Assembly (NCBI GenBank): GCA_963850315.1
Contig: CAWKKN010000003.1
Span: forward strand, 106,032 to 170,031
Origin: an uncultured Actinomycetes bacterium
Lineage (GTDB): Bacteria; Actinomycetota; UBA4738; HRBIN12
Length of the DNA: 64,000 nucleotides
Reading direction: 5' to 3'
Shown: in pieces, positions 36,757 through 46,638 of the stretch
Layout of the letters: the number at the start of each line of letters is the position of its first letter
Position numbering within the stretch: the first letter of the stretch is position 1
Program-made: the position numbers and the translations under genes
The notes under the pieces: generated by a model
The model's input: only the letters and a program-made list of their open reading frames with translations
Told to the model about the DNA's origin: nothing
Databases searched by the model: none

Positions 36757-38634
36757 CTAGGACGCCACGGCGGCACGGGGACCGATCCGCGATCCGGTCA
36801 CCAGCAAGACGATCAGGGTGGCCAGGGCGATCGCGAACGACGCCGCGATGCCGGAGGCGAGCGGGGCGCCGACGGCTTGCGAGACGGCGACGGCGCCTCC
36901 ACCAAGACCCGCGCCCACCGCGACGCCTAGCACGTCCATCAGGAGCACCGACGCAACGGCCCCCGCCTCCTGCCCCCGCCCCGAGACCCGCATCGTGGCG
37001 AGCGGCAGCGTGGGAAAGACGATCCCCATCGCGAAGCCGACGACGCCCCACCCGAGGAACGCGGTGGCGACGGGGACGCCGGACCACAGGGTCGTCGCCA
37101 CGATCGCCTCTCCGATCAACAGCAACGTCGTGCCGCCGACGACGATCCGGGACAGCGCGATCCGCTGGGCCCGTCCCGACTGCCAGGCGCTGCCCGTGGC
37201 CCAGGTCAAGGTGGCCGTGGTGACCGCGAGGCTCGCCTCCGCGAGGGAGAGGTGACGAACGGTGGTGAGCATCAGGGTGAGGAAGGCGTCCATCGCGAAG
37301 AAGCCCACGGAGAGCAGGAACGCGGACGCCGCCGTCGCGGGAGCGCCACGTGCGGCCCGGAAGGTGCCGGCCGGCACGAGACGCGCGAGGGCGGGTAGTC
37401 CGATCGCCGAACCTGCCGCGATCGGAGCGAGCGCCCACCAGCGCGCGATCGTGATCGACCCCAGCACCAGCCCGGCGCCCACCATCAGCTGCAGCGACCA
37501 TCGCACCGGCGAGGAGCGGGCCGGACCTTCGGCGGGCGATCCGCGCACGAGCGCCGGCGTGATGAGGATCCACCCGACCAGCATCAGAGGGATCGGCGCC
37601 ACGTAGGCCCATCGCCACCCCACCGTGCTCGCGAGGAGCGCCGCGAACGGCGGGGCGAAAAGGCCGGGCAGGATCCACATGGAGGCCATGAGCGCCATGA
37701 CGCGCGGCCGCAGCCGGTCGGGGAACGTCGTGGCCACCGTCCCCAAGGACAGCGCGTACAGTCCGCCCCCACCCGCGCCCATCACGAACTGCCCCGCCAA
37801 CAGAACCGGCATCGCCGGCGCGAGCGCCGCGATCAGCAGACCGGCCCCGAACAACCCGAGGACGGGCGGAAGCACCGCGCGTGAGCCGGATCGGTCCACG
37901 GCGCGGCCCGCGATCGGGATCGCGGCAAGCGTCGCGAGGCTGGAAGCCGTGAACACCAACCCGTAGAGCGAGGTGCCGCCGAGGTCGCGCCGGACGTCCG
38001 GCAGGATCGTCGCGACGACGAGGGCCTGCACCGCGACGAGCGCCTCGAGCAACAGAAGCCCCGCTGTGAGGCGCCCCCGCGGCCCGCTGAACACCTCCCT
38101 CCAACGCGGCGGGCGCTCGTCCACCTCCGCCACGTCGGTCCCCTCCGCCATCTGAGTCCCGCCGCCGCGGCGCGTGACGTCGGCGGACCGGGCGCGCGTC
38201 GCGACCAGCAGGTCCCGCCCACGCAGGTGCAGGTTCACGCCGCGGGCGCCGCCACCGATCGCCACACGATCGAGGGCATCGATGCTCGCGTCGGCCACGA
38301 CGGGCCAGTCCGACGTCGCGCCGAACGGGGTGATGGCGCCCCGTTCGTAGCCTGTGACGCCCGATGCCTCGTCGGCATCGGGGAGGGACAGCCGCTTGAC
38401 GCCCAGGTGCGCGCGGAGCTTCGGCCAGTCGATCTGACGCCCGCCGGGCACGAGGACGAAGACGTAGTCCTCCGGGCCCCGCCGCACCACGATCGTTCGC
38501 ACGAGCGCCGAGACCTCGATGCCCTGCCGCGCCGCGCTCTCCTCGATGTTCGACGGAGGCTCCGTGCGCACGACATCGTAGGCAAGTGGGGACTCGGCGA
38601 GGGCGCGCAGCGCGGGCGTGTCGTCGTCAGGCAC
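36757..38634 (-). CDS. In-frame fusion of a YbaK/EbsC-type aminoacyl-tRNA deacylase domain and an MFS transporter
   Basis: aa 1-155: ..LVRTIVVRRG.EDYVFVLVPGGRQIDWPKLRAHLGVKRLSLPDADEASGVTGYERGAITPFG..VAIGGG (YbaK-like). From MAEGTDVAEV.. onward there are about 12 TM helices (MFS). There is no stop codon between the two parts in the sequence as given. Confidence 0.8.
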   Translation of the reverse strand: MPDDDTPALRALAESPLAYDVVRTEPPSNIEESAARQGIEVSALVRTIVVRRGPEDYVFVLVPGGRQIDWPKLRAHLGVKRLSLPDADEASGVTGYERGAITPFGATSDWPVVADASIDALDRVAIGGGARGVNLHLRGRDLLVATRARSADVTRRGGGTQMAEGTDVAEVDERPPRWREVFSGPRGRLTAGLLLLEALVAVQALVVATILPDVRRDLGGTSLYGLVFTASSLATLAAIPIAGRAVDRSGSRAVLPPVLGLFGAGLLIAALAPAMPVLLAGQFVMGAGGGGLYALSLGTVATTFPDRLRPRVMALMASMWILPGLFAPPFAALLASTVGWRWAYVAPIPLMLVGWILITPALVRGSPAEGPARSSPVRWSLQLMVGAGLVLGSITIARWWALAPIAAGSAIGLPALARLVPAGTFRAARGAPATAASAFLLSVGFFAMDAFLTLMLTTVRHLSLAEASLAVTTATLTWATGSAWQSGRAQRIALSRIVVGGTTLLLIGEAIVATTLWSGVPVATAFLGWGVVGFAMGIVFPTLPLATMRVSGRGQEAGAVASVLLMDVLGVAVGAGLGGGAVAVSQAVGAPLASGIAASFAIALATLIVLLVTGSRIGPRAAVAS

Positions 38635-38713
38635 ATGGCCAAGGGTAGCCGGGCACCCAGCCCCCGGAGCGAGGCAGGTAAAGGAGGCGCCTCCACAGGT
38701 CGAACCTACGGTC

Positions 38714-39619
38714 GTGGGGATCAGCGGGATCGTGGTGCTGGCCGGACTGGCGTCGGTGGCGTTGGCTGCGGGGATCTATGCGCTTGCGCGGGCGCGGCGC
38801 ATGCACGCCCTCCGCAAGCGCTACGGGGACGCCGCGATGCCGAAGCGACAAGGGCTCGCGTGGCGCACCATCGCGCCCATCGTGCTGCTCCTGGGCGCCG
38901 GAGCCAGCATCGTCATGGCGTTCGGAGAGGTACGTCTCGATCACCAGGCGACGCAAGGCACGGTGATCCTGGCGGTCGACGTATCGCGCTCGATGGACAA
39001 GACGGACGTGGCCCCCGACCGCCTCGAGGCGGCCCAGGCAGCCGCACAAGGCTTCCTCCGGCGACTCCCCACGGGCTTCCGGGTGGGCGTCGTGACGTTC
39101 GCGGGGACCGCGCGGGTGGTGGTGGCGCCCACCACGGACCGCGCCCAGGTCGCGGGCGCCCTCGGCACCTTGTCCACCAGCAACGGCACGGTGATCGGAG
39201 ACGGCCTGTCGAAGGCGCTCGATACGATCGACGCGGACCGGCGCAGGCGCGGCGCCGAGCCCGCCGCCGTCGTCCTGCTGACGGACGGCCAGGACACCGG
39301 CAGCGCGATCTCGCCGGATCAGGCCGCCCGGCGGGCGAAGGCCGACGGAGTCAAGGTGTTCACCGTGGCGGTCGGGGCCACCGACGCCGGAGCGAGCGGC
39401 GCCAACACCGGGCTGCTCGCCCAGCTCGCAGCGACGACGGGCGCCCGCACCTTCACCGCCCAGTCGGCCGGCCAGCTCAGCGAGGTCTACCAGTCCCTCG
39501 GCTCGGAGCTGTCCACGGATCTGGCGATCGCGGGATCGAGCGCGCGATTCGTTGCGCTTGCCGCCGCGCTCGCGATCGCGGCCGGCATCTCGCTCGTCGC
39601 GCTGACCCGGGAGCTCTGA
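38714..39619 (+). CDS. VWA-domain protein with N- and C-terminal membrane anchors (BatA-like)
   Basis: TM helices at both ends. MIDAS motif VDVSRSM, later TVIGDGL and LLTDGQDT. The GTG start at 38714 is chosen; the listed ORF starts at 38618. Confidence 0.85.
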   Translation: MGISGIVVLAGLASVALAAGIYALARARRMHALRKRYGDAAMPKRQGLAWRTIAPIVLLLGAGASIVMAFGEVRLDHQATQGTVILAVDVSRSMDKTDVAPDRLEAAQAAAQGFLRRLPTGFRVGVVTFAGTARVVVAPTTDRAQVAGALGTLSTSNGTVIGDGLSKALDTIDADRRRRGAEPAAVVLLTDGQDTGSAISPDQAARRAKADGVKVFTVAVGATDAGASGANTGLLAQLAATTGARTFTAQSAGQLSEVYQSLGSELSTDLAIAGSSARFVALAAALAIAAGISLVALTREL

Positions 39620-39638
39620 CCACCTGCGAGCGGCCCGT

Positions 39639-40286
39639 TCACGAGGGGTCGATCCGCACCCGGAACACTTGCTGCACGTCGTCGAGCATGTGGTCGGCGC
39701 GCTGGCGGAGCGAGGCGCACGTGTCCATCAGCTCGCGGCGGCGAAGCTCGTCGACGATCGCGAACGCGTTGATCTCGACGTTGGCCATGGCGCAGACGGT
39801 CGCTGCGTGCAGCGCGGCCGCCGCGCTCATGCCGTCCGCGGCGGCGTTCGGGTCGCCCGTGCTGGTCGCCTCCTCGGCGAGGCCCATCAGGTACACCGCT
39901 CGACGCGCCAGATCGAGTTGCACATCGATCGCGGACTCGAGGGTCTGTTGCAGCTCACCCAACCGCGCCGCGCGCTCGTCGTCGGTGCCGCGGGGCATAC
40001 GGTTCGCGGCGAGGATCGCTTCGAACGCCGCTGATCCCCGGTCCGCAAGGCCCAGCAGGACGGGACGCGCGGCCTCGGCCTCGTCCGCGATCGCTTGCAC
40101 GCGCGCGTCCGTCTCTCTGGGGTCCGAGCGCCGCATCGTCTGGTTCGCCACCGACTCGACCAGCGCCGCCCCCGCCGCGGCGCAGAGCGACGCGAACGCT
40201 CCGCCGCCGGGCTCGGACGCGCCCGAGGCCAGCGCGTCCAACCAGGCGTCGATCTCCTCGCCCGCGATGACGCGACGGGTCGTCAA
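39639..40286 (-). CDS. Cyclodeaminase/cyclohydrolase family protein (FTCD C-terminal domain-like)
   Basis: 215 aa and all-helical. WLDALASGASEPGGGAFASLCAAAGAALVESVANQT matches the formiminotransferase-cyclodeaminase / methenyl-THF cyclohydrolase family N-terminus. TTG start. Confidence 0.85.
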   Translation of the reverse strand: MTTRRVIAGEEIDAWLDALASGASEPGGGAFASLCAAAGAALVESVANQTMRRSDPRETDARVQAIADEAEAARPVLLGLADRGSAAFEAILAANRMPRGTDDERAARLGELQQTLESAIDVQLDLARRAVYLMGLAEEATSTGDPNAAADGMSAAAALHAATVCAMANVEINAFAIVDELRRRELMDTCASLRQRADHMLDDVQQVFRVRIDPS

Positions 40287-42046
40287 CGCAGGATCAAGAC
40301 CCGCAAGGCTCGATGGCCCTGCACGACATGTCCCGTGGGCCCGCTGAGGGTGGTGCGAGTCGGGCCACGTCCGATCAACTGGGCGACGACCTCCGACCGC
40401 TTCGGCTGATGATTGAGCGCGGCGACGAGCCCGGCGAACGAGGTGATCTTCCCGTGGCCGCCCAACTCGCTTCCTCCGCCGACGAAGAGCTCCAACTCTG
40501 CGCCGCGTCGAAGGTTCGGCACGTGCACCGTGAGATCGACCGGCACCGTGGTATGAGATCCGGCGGGAAGCAGCATCACCCGCAAGTGGATCAGGCCCCC
40601 GCGGCGCACGAGGATCGTGTTGCGGGACGCGAAGCCGTGTTGCACTCGCGTGCGGGACAGAACCTGCTCCACCTGGGCCGTCAGGTCCTGGCTGCTGACC
40701 GTCCCTTGGATCGACACGCTGTCGATCGAGACGTCCTCGAAGTTCTGGCTCACCAACCGTTCGAGCGGGAGGAAGGTGGACTCGAACCCGGCCTCGTCCG
40801 GAAGGTCGTACTGCGATGCGTAGAGATCGCTCATCTCGACGGTCCAGGGCTCACCCAGCTCGTCGGTGCCCTGGATCTTGACGTCGAGGTTCGCCGAACC
40901 GGGCCCCTCCTGATCCCCTACCGTCGCGAGGTTGAGGAAGGCGTGGGAGTAAGCGATGTCGGGGAGCACCCTCTGCGATGCGACCTGCGTCTCGCCCTGG
41001 CGCGAGGTCCCGAGCAACGGATCCGACAGATCGCTCGTCACCGGGGTGAGCGTCGGCAGGACGCCGGTGATCCCCCCGATGCCCGCCAACCGGTCCTGCG
41101 TCACGCTGCCCGCGGTGGTGGTGATCGCTCCGAGCTTGAAGCCGCCCGAGAAGCGGCTCGGATCGCTCAAGGTCTGCAGGATCTTCGCGTTCGTGTACGC
41201 GAGGGAGGTCTGTCCGGAGAAGTTGAACGGATGCCCGAACGCCACGAACTGGTCGTCGCACGTCAACGTGGTCGTGCCGATCGCGCCGAACGTGGCGTCG
41301 CCGAAGGAATACACGGCGCCGATCGCGTCGCCGGGTGCGGGCGGGGCGCCCAGCTTGGACGGAGACGTTGGCGCGGCGGCGCTGGACCCGCTCGTGAGCA
41401 CGAACGGCGTGCCCGCCTTCGTGAACCAGTGCTGGAGGCGGCGCGTCTCGGTGGGACTCGTCAGGCCCGAGACCATCATCGGGACCCGCAACGGACGCGC
41501 CACGGTGGGGCTCGAGGCGAAGTCCGTGGAGGCAGACGCACGGGCGAACGCCCGGCGCAGCCCCTCGCCGATCCTCACGGACGGACGGGCCACGGGGGGC
41601 GGCTCGTACCCGAGGATCTTCTCCATGTCCACCGCGGGCGTCATGCCTCCGATCGTGGGGTCGGCGCCGACGAATCCGTAGGACACCGATCCGGCCAGCA
41701 CGCCGCCCACGTAGACGGGCGAGCCCGACATCCCGGCGGCGATGCCGCCGGTCTTGTCGATCACCGGTCCGGACGTCTTGATCAGGATGAAGTCGATCCC
41801 CGGCGCGATGCCATCCTTCAGCGTTCCCAGGACCTTGACGTCGAACGAGACCGGCGTCGTGCCTTTGATCACGGTCCACGCCGTGCCCATCGTGCCCGGC
41901 TTGAGGTCCTTTTCCGCCACGACGGGCGGCGGGCTCGTGCAAAGAGTGGTGCCGTTCGCGGGCACATGGCTCACGAGTGCAGCCACGATGGCCAGCGCGG
42001 AGACGGCTGCGACCAGCGTGGATCGGGGGAAACGCGGCGCACTCAT
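40283..42046 (-). CDS. Exported S55 (SpoIVB-type) peptidase-domain protein with a large uncharacterised C-terminal region
   Basis: Start MSAPRFPRSTLVAAVSALAIVAAL (signal or anchor) is preceded by GGGAGGG. GGIAAGMSGSPVYVGGVLAGSVSYGF..GGMTP is the S55 serine motif. The 428 upstream codons of the listed 1015-aa ORF are antisense to murT and are rejected. Confidence 0.75.
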   Translation of the reverse strand: MSAPRFPRSTLVAAVSALAIVAALVSHVPANGTTLCTSPPPVVAEKDLKPGTMGTAWTVIKGTTPVSFDVKVLGTLKDGIAPGIDFILIKTSGPVIDKTGGIAAGMSGSPVYVGGVLAGSVSYGFVGADPTIGGMTPAVDMEKILGYEPPPVARPSVRIGEGLRRAFARASASTDFASSPTVARPLRVPMMVSGLTSPTETRRLQHWFTKAGTPFVLTSGSSAAAPTSPSKLGAPPAPGDAIGAVYSFGDATFGAIGTTTLTCDDQFVAFGHPFNFSGQTSLAYTNAKILQTLSDPSRFSGGFKLGAITTTAGSVTQDRLAGIGGITGVLPTLTPVTSDLSDPLLGTSRQGETQVASQRVLPDIAYSHAFLNLATVGDQEGPGSANLDVKIQGTDELGEPWTVEMSDLYASQYDLPDEAGFESTFLPLERLVSQNFEDVSIDSVSIQGTVSSQDLTAQVEQVLSRTRVQHGFASRNTILVRRGGLIHLRVMLLPAGSHTTVPVDLTVHVPNLRRGAELELFVGGGSELGGHGKITSFAGLVAALNHQPKRSEVVAQLIGRGPTRTTLSGPTGHVVQGHRALRVLILR

Positions 42047-42169
42047 GTCTTGGACCCTCCCGTTGCGGTGGGCTGCAATCCTAGGCACAACCAACCCGTG
42101 GGCGCCAGTGACCGTTGGGCGGGGATCGGCGAGGACTCGTCCGCGACCCGATGCGGTACTACTAGTGCC

Positions 42170-43537
42170 GTGCGGAGCACAGGCTCGTCTCGAGACGCGG
42201 CGGCGGCGGGACTGGCGCGTGGCATCGGCAGCCTCGCGCGCCTCGTCGGAGCCGGCGAGGGCTCGAGCTTCCCGGGAGTCGTCGTGGAGCGTCTGCGTCC
42301 CGGGTTCTCCGGCCGCCGGGCGGGACGGCTGCCCGCGGGCGTCGTCATCGTGTCGGGCACGAACGGCAAGACGACGACGGCATCGATGATCCGTACGATC
42401 CTGCGCGCCACGGGTGACCCGACGGTGGGCAACGAGAGCGGCGCCAACCTTCGCCAGGGCGTGGCGGCGGCGCTGCTCGACGTCCCCAGCGGCGCGCGCA
42501 CCGCGGTCTTCGAGGTGGATGAGGCCGCCCTGCCCGCGGTCGTCGAAGAGCTCCGCCCTCGCATGCTCGTCCTCACGAACGTCTTCCGCGATCAGCTCGA
42601 CCGGTACGGGGAGGCGGAGCGTGTCGTGCAGCTCTTGGGCGAGGCGGCGGGCCGGCTGCCCGAGGGCGCCACGGTCGTGGCCAACGCCGACGACGGCACT
42701 CTCTTCACCGCGCTCCAGGCCCGGACTCCGGTGGGGTTCGGTGTCGGGGTGCAGCAGGGCCCGGTGGACGACCTCGTGCGGAGCCGGATCGGTATGGAGG
42801 CCGAGGTGTGCCCCCGATGCGGAACGCGCCTGGACTACGAGCGTCGCACGATCTCGCACCTCGGGTCCGCCCGATGTGCCTCGTGCGGCTGGGCCTCCAC
42901 TCCCCCCAACCTGCGGGCCGACGTCGTCGCGCACGACGGCCTCCGCTCGGTGACGCTCGACGTGGAGGGCACCCGGTTCACCGTGCCCACGGGAGGGCTC
43001 CACAACGCGTACAACGCGGCGGCCGCGATCGCCGCCACACAGCTCATGGGCATCCCGATCCCGGTGGCGGCCGACGCACTCCGATCCTTCCGCGCTCGCT
43101 TCGGGCGGATCGAAGAGCTCCGCGTGGGCGGACGTGCCCTCTGGCTGACGTTGATGAAGAACCCCGCCGCCGCCGACGTGTTGATCCAGGAGCTGGCGGT
43201 CGACCCGACGGTGGGTGCCGTGGTGGTGGCCCTGAACGACGCCGCCGCCGACGGCCGCGACGTCTCGTGGATCTGGGACGTGGACTTCGAACGTCTTGCG
43301 GGCGGCGTGCCGATGGTCCCGAGCGGACACCGCGCCGACGACATGGCCGTGCGTCTGAAGTACGCGGAGGTGGACGCCAGGCCCGCGCGCGCCGAGCCGC
43401 TCGAGGCGATCGAGGCTGCCTTCGACGCATGCCCACAGGGCGCCATGCCGGTCGTGATGGCGACCTATACCGCGATGCTCGACGTGCGCAGCGCCGTGCG
43501 GGGGCGTGGGTCTCGACTCACGGACCTTCCCGCATGA
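42170..43537 (+). CDS. murT: Lipid II isoglutaminyl synthase subunit MurT (Mur-ligase-like)
   Basis: GTG start. VSGTNGKTTTASM P-loop, LTNVFRDQLDRYGE, a Cys-rich ribbon CPRCG..CASCG and a DUF1727-like C-terminus (DGRDVSWIWDVDFE). Confidence 0.88.
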   Translation: MRSTGSSRDAAAAGLARGIGSLARLVGAGEGSSFPGVVVERLRPGFSGRRAGRLPAGVVIVSGTNGKTTTASMIRTILRATGDPTVGNESGANLRQGVAAALLDVPSGARTAVFEVDEAALPAVVEELRPRMLVLTNVFRDQLDRYGEAERVVQLLGEAAGRLPEGATVVANADDGTLFTALQARTPVGFGVGVQQGPVDDLVRSRIGMEAEVCPRCGTRLDYERRTISHLGSARCASCGWASTPPNLRADVVAHDGLRSVTLDVEGTRFTVPTGGLHNAYNAAAAIAATQLMGIPIPVAADALRSFRARFGRIEELRVGGRALWLTLMKNPAAADVLIQELAVDPTVGAVVVALNDAAADGRDVSWIWDVDFERLAGGVPMVPSGHRADDMAVRLKYAEVDARPARAEPLEAIEAAFDACPQGAMPVVMATYTAMLDVRSAVRGRGSRLTDLPA

Positions 43538-44262
43538 GCCCGGACCTCCTGCTCGTCCACCTGTACCCGGACCTGCTCATGACCTACGGGGATCGCGGCA
43601 ACGTGCTGACGTTGGCCCGGCGCGCCGCCTGGCGCGGGTTCGCCGTGGATGTCGTGGGCGTGACGCGAGGCGAACCGATCCCGGCGTCGGCGAACCTCGT
43701 CATGATCGGCGGCGGATCCGACCGCGTGCAGCACCTCATCGGTGGAGACCTCGGCGAGCGCGAGGGCCCGCTCCGCGACCTTAGCGAAGGGGGCGCCGTG
43801 ATCCTCGGGGTGTGCGGGGGCTACCAGCTGTTGGGGCATCGCTACACGGCGACCGACGGAGCGGACGTGCCCGGGCTCGGACTGCTCGACGTCACGACCG
43901 GAGCAGGCCGCGACCGGATCGTGGGGCGCGTGCGGGCGCATGCACGCATGGGCGGACGGTCCTTCCCCCTGTATGGCTTCGAGAACCACGCGGGCCGCAC
44001 GCGGTTGGGTTCGGGGGCCACCCCGCTCGCAACGGTCCCGGCGGGTCAGGGCAACAACGCCGAGGACGGCACCGAGGGCGCGATCCAGGGCACGGTGGTC
44101 GGCACGTACCTGCACGGACCCGTTCTGCCGACGGCTCCGGAGTTCGCCGACGCGCTGCTCGAGTTGGCACTCGCGCCGGTCAGGGACGGTGCACCCCTGA
44201 CTGCGCTGGACGATCGCCTCGAGTCGGCGGCGCGCCGCTTCGCCGAGTCGTTGGGGCGTTGA
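43534..44262 (+). CDS. gatD: Lipid II isoglutaminyl synthase glutaminase subunit GatD
   Basis: ATGA overlap with murT. LYPDLLMTYGDRGN, GVCGGYQLLG (nucleophile Cys), GFENHAGRT and TYLHGPVL are CobQ/GatD-type GATase motifs. Confidence 0.88.
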   Translation: MSPDLLLVHLYPDLLMTYGDRGNVLTLARRAAWRGFAVDVVGVTRGEPIPASANLVMIGGGSDRVQHLIGGDLGEREGPLRDLSEGGAVILGVCGGYQLLGHRYTATDGADVPGLGLLDVTTGAGRDRIVGRVRAHARMGGRSFPLYGFENHAGRTRLGSGATPLATVPAGQGNNAEDGTEGAIQGTVVGTYLHGPVLPTAPEFADALLELALAPVRDGAPLTALDDRLESAARRFAESLGR

Positions 44263-44362
44263 GCGAGACGGTCTCCGATCGCCCTAGAGTGAACGGCGCG
44301 CCGCGACGCGAGACGGATGGCGGATAGGCACGCGAGCGTCTCCGGCGGACACTGACGGCGTC

Positions 44363-44545
44363 ATGAACGCCTATGAGCTGGTCGACGGATCGGGACGCAA
44401 CGTGGAGGTCGAGGCGGACTTCTATCAACGCTCCGGCGACGACCTGCTCTTCATCGCCGACGGCGAAGAGGTGCTACGGATCGTGGCGGAGGACGTGCAG
44501 GCGATCGTGCGCGTCCCGCTGCGCCGGCCGCCGGCCGCCGACTAA
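44363..44545 (+). CDS. Small acidic hypothetical protein (60 aa)
   Basis: MNAYELVDGSGRNVEVEADFYQRSGDDLLFIADGEEVLRIVAEDVQAIVRV... GC3-rich, no competing gene, no recognised domain. Confidence 0.45.
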   Translation: MNAYELVDGSGRNVEVEADFYQRSGDDLLFIADGEEVLRIVAEDVQAIVRVPLRRPPAAD

Positions 44546-45487
44546 CCGCAGGCCGTCCGGATCGTGTTGCGGCTCTTCACCAGGATCGGACGTCCCTGCC
44601 CGTCCGTCCCCGTGGTGGTCACCGTGTAGGTGCCGCGGCGCCGGGCGCAGGTGGTCGTGAAGAGCTTGCCGCCCCACGATCCGTCCAGGCGAACGGTGGC
44701 CGTGAAGATCGGGTTGTGGCGACTGCCTCCCCAACGCACGGTGACGGCGGTGCCCGGATGGAAGCCCACTCCGTCGGCCCGCCAGCGCATCGGCTGCACC
44801 TTGCCCGAGAAGACGTAGCACGAGTACCAGGCGGAGAAGACCTTGACGGAGGTGGTGAACGTCGTTACGCCGGCGATCGTAGTCGCCACGTAGTTGCCCG
44901 ACGGCACCCGCGGCTGGGTGTAGGTCCCCGCGGCCGATCCGCGCGGACCCGGTCGTCACGGTCTTCGCGGTGACCGTGGGACCGCTGAGCCGTGGGATCA
45001 GCGAGATCCGCACCGGGGTGTTGGCGGGGTAGCCGTCGAGGATGTAGTGCACGGTGTGCTTGTCGGGCTTCTCGATCCCGGCCTGGACGCAGATGGGGTC
45101 GGCGGGCGCCGTTCGCGTGGGCGTGATCCGCAGCCGCGGCACGAGCGTGAACCACGCGGTGCCGGACCGCCGGTGGGTGCCGAAGGTCGCGAAGATCGCG
45201 TGGCCTCCCGCCGGATTGGCCGGCACCCGGAACGTCACCGAGACCGAGCCGTTGGGCCGGGACCGCGCACCGGCGATCGTCACGGGGCCGCTGAGGCTGT
45301 CGTGGAACTTGATCGCGACGGCCTTCGAGCCGGGGAAGCCGCTGCCGATGAGCGTGACACTGGTCCCCGCGGGTCCGCGCGTCGTCGACAGGTGGATGCG
45401 TGGGCCTCCCGCGCGCGCGGCGATCGGCGGAAGGAAGGCAGCGGAGACGATGACGGCGGCGGCGAACAACCTTCGTACCTGCTTCAT
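44542..45487 (-). pseudogene. Secreted Ig-like/beta-sandwich repeat protein, with a single frameshift in this assembly
   Basis: Signal peptide MKQVRRLFAAAVIVSAAFLPPIAARA, then GPAGTSVTLIGSGFPGSKAVAIKF (IPT/TIG-like). The C-terminal third (YVATTIAGVTTFTTSVKV..GTAVTVRWGG..GTYTVTTTG) is in another frame. The join is near 44930. Confidence 0.6.
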
Positions 45488-45659
45488 CGCGATCCTCGGG
45501 AGGGTCGGGGGGCGAGCTACCGCGCATACCGTAGAGCAGTCGGGCCCGTCTCCGCCACTCCCACCATCCACCGACCGGCGACCGCGAAGTGTCCTAAGCC
45601 GCTTGCCCGTAGCACAACCCCCGCAGCCGCCGCTACCGTCGATGCATGGAGGATCGCTG

Positions 45660-46637
45660 ATGGATCATGAGGCCCCGCCGCCGGAACCCGACGGTTCACC
45701 GACCCAGCGGCCCCGCTGGCGCCTGTGGGTGGGATCCGTCGTCGTGGCGGTGGTGGCGGTCGCCGCCCTGGGCTTCGTGCTCGAGAACGGGTCCGCCCCA
45801 GCGGCGCCGACCGGTACGGGCGGGGATCGAGCTCCGTTCCGCCCGGCGCTCGCTCTCGCGTTCGTGCGCGGCCACGCTCAGCTGTTCCACGTGACCCAGA
45901 TCATGCACGGACGGCTGAGCGTGGGGTCCGAGTCGGCTCTCTTCGACATGCAGATGGAGGCCGACGTCCGGTGGCAGGTCGCCGCCGTCGGACCCGACGG
46001 AACGGCCGAGCTCACGGTGCGGATGTCCCATGTGGCGCTCGATGTCAACGGGGAGCAGACGCCGGTCCCCGCCGTGGCGCCTACCCATCTACGGATCACC
46101 ACCGACGGCCGCGTGCTGCTGTCGAACGGAACGACGCTGTTCAGCGCCGAAGCGCAGGGACCGTCGAAGATCGGAGTCGACGAGGTCTCCGCGATCCTTC
46201 CGCAAGGCGGAGCCCACGAGCGGGCCGGCGCCCGGTGGGCGAGGACCGTGCGCTGCGTGGTGTTCGGTCAGAAGCTCACGTATGTCGCCCACAGCACGTA
46301 TGTAGGCGCTCAGCGGATCGACGGGATCGACACGGCGGTCGTGCGCACCGACACGAGCCTGCCGTCCTTCCACCTCACGGTCCGACTGGCGGATCTCGCG
46401 GCGCTCATGCACGTCCCCGCCAACCGCGTTCCGCCGGGGTCGTCGATCTCCTACGCGGGTTGGGAGCGGGTGCGCACGATCAGCTGGGTGGACCCGACGG
46501 CGCGCCGGCTGATGAAGACGGTGACGAACGCTCGGTACTCGACCCGTGCGGTCGCCCACGGCGACCCCGAGAGCCGCCTGCCCAAGGCCGGGGTGCAGAT
46601 GGCCGGCACGCTCACGATGACGATCGAGCGGATCTGA
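45660..46637 (+). CDS. Hypothetical membrane-anchored extracytoplasmic protein
   Basis: Pro-rich N-terminus, one TM (LWVGSVVVAVVAVAALGFVL) and a beta-rich ectodomain. There is an alternative ATG at 45642. No recognised domain. Confidence 0.6.
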   Translation: MDHEAPPPEPDGSPTQRPRWRLWVGSVVVAVVAVAALGFVLENGSAPAAPTGTGGDRAPFRPALALAFVRGHAQLFHVTQIMHGRLSVGSESALFDMQMEADVRWQVAAVGPDGTAELTVRMSHVALDVNGEQTPVPAVAPTHLRITTDGRVLLSNGTTLFSAEAQGPSKIGVDEVSAILPQGGAHERAGARWARTVRCVVFGQKLTYVAHSTYVGAQRIDGIDTAVVRTDTSLPSFHLTVRLADLAALMHVPANRVPPGSSISYAGWERVRTISWVDPTARRLMKTVTNARYSTRAVAHGDPESRLPKAGVQMAGTLTMTIERI

Positions 46638-46638
46638 G

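Noticed and set aside
38714-39619. The VWA-domain protein as the missing CoxE of the CODH maturation system
   Set aside because: It is 29 kb away from the cox cluster and membrane anchored at both ends like BatA-type proteins. It is not paired with a MoxR/CoxD-like AAA+ ATPase.
42047-43330. N-terminal 428 codons of the listed 1015-aa minus-strand ORF (40283-43330)
   Set aside because: This part is antisense to murT and has junk-like composition. A signal-peptide-bearing start with a GGGAGGG SD exists at 42046, which leaves a normal 123-bp divergent intergenic region.
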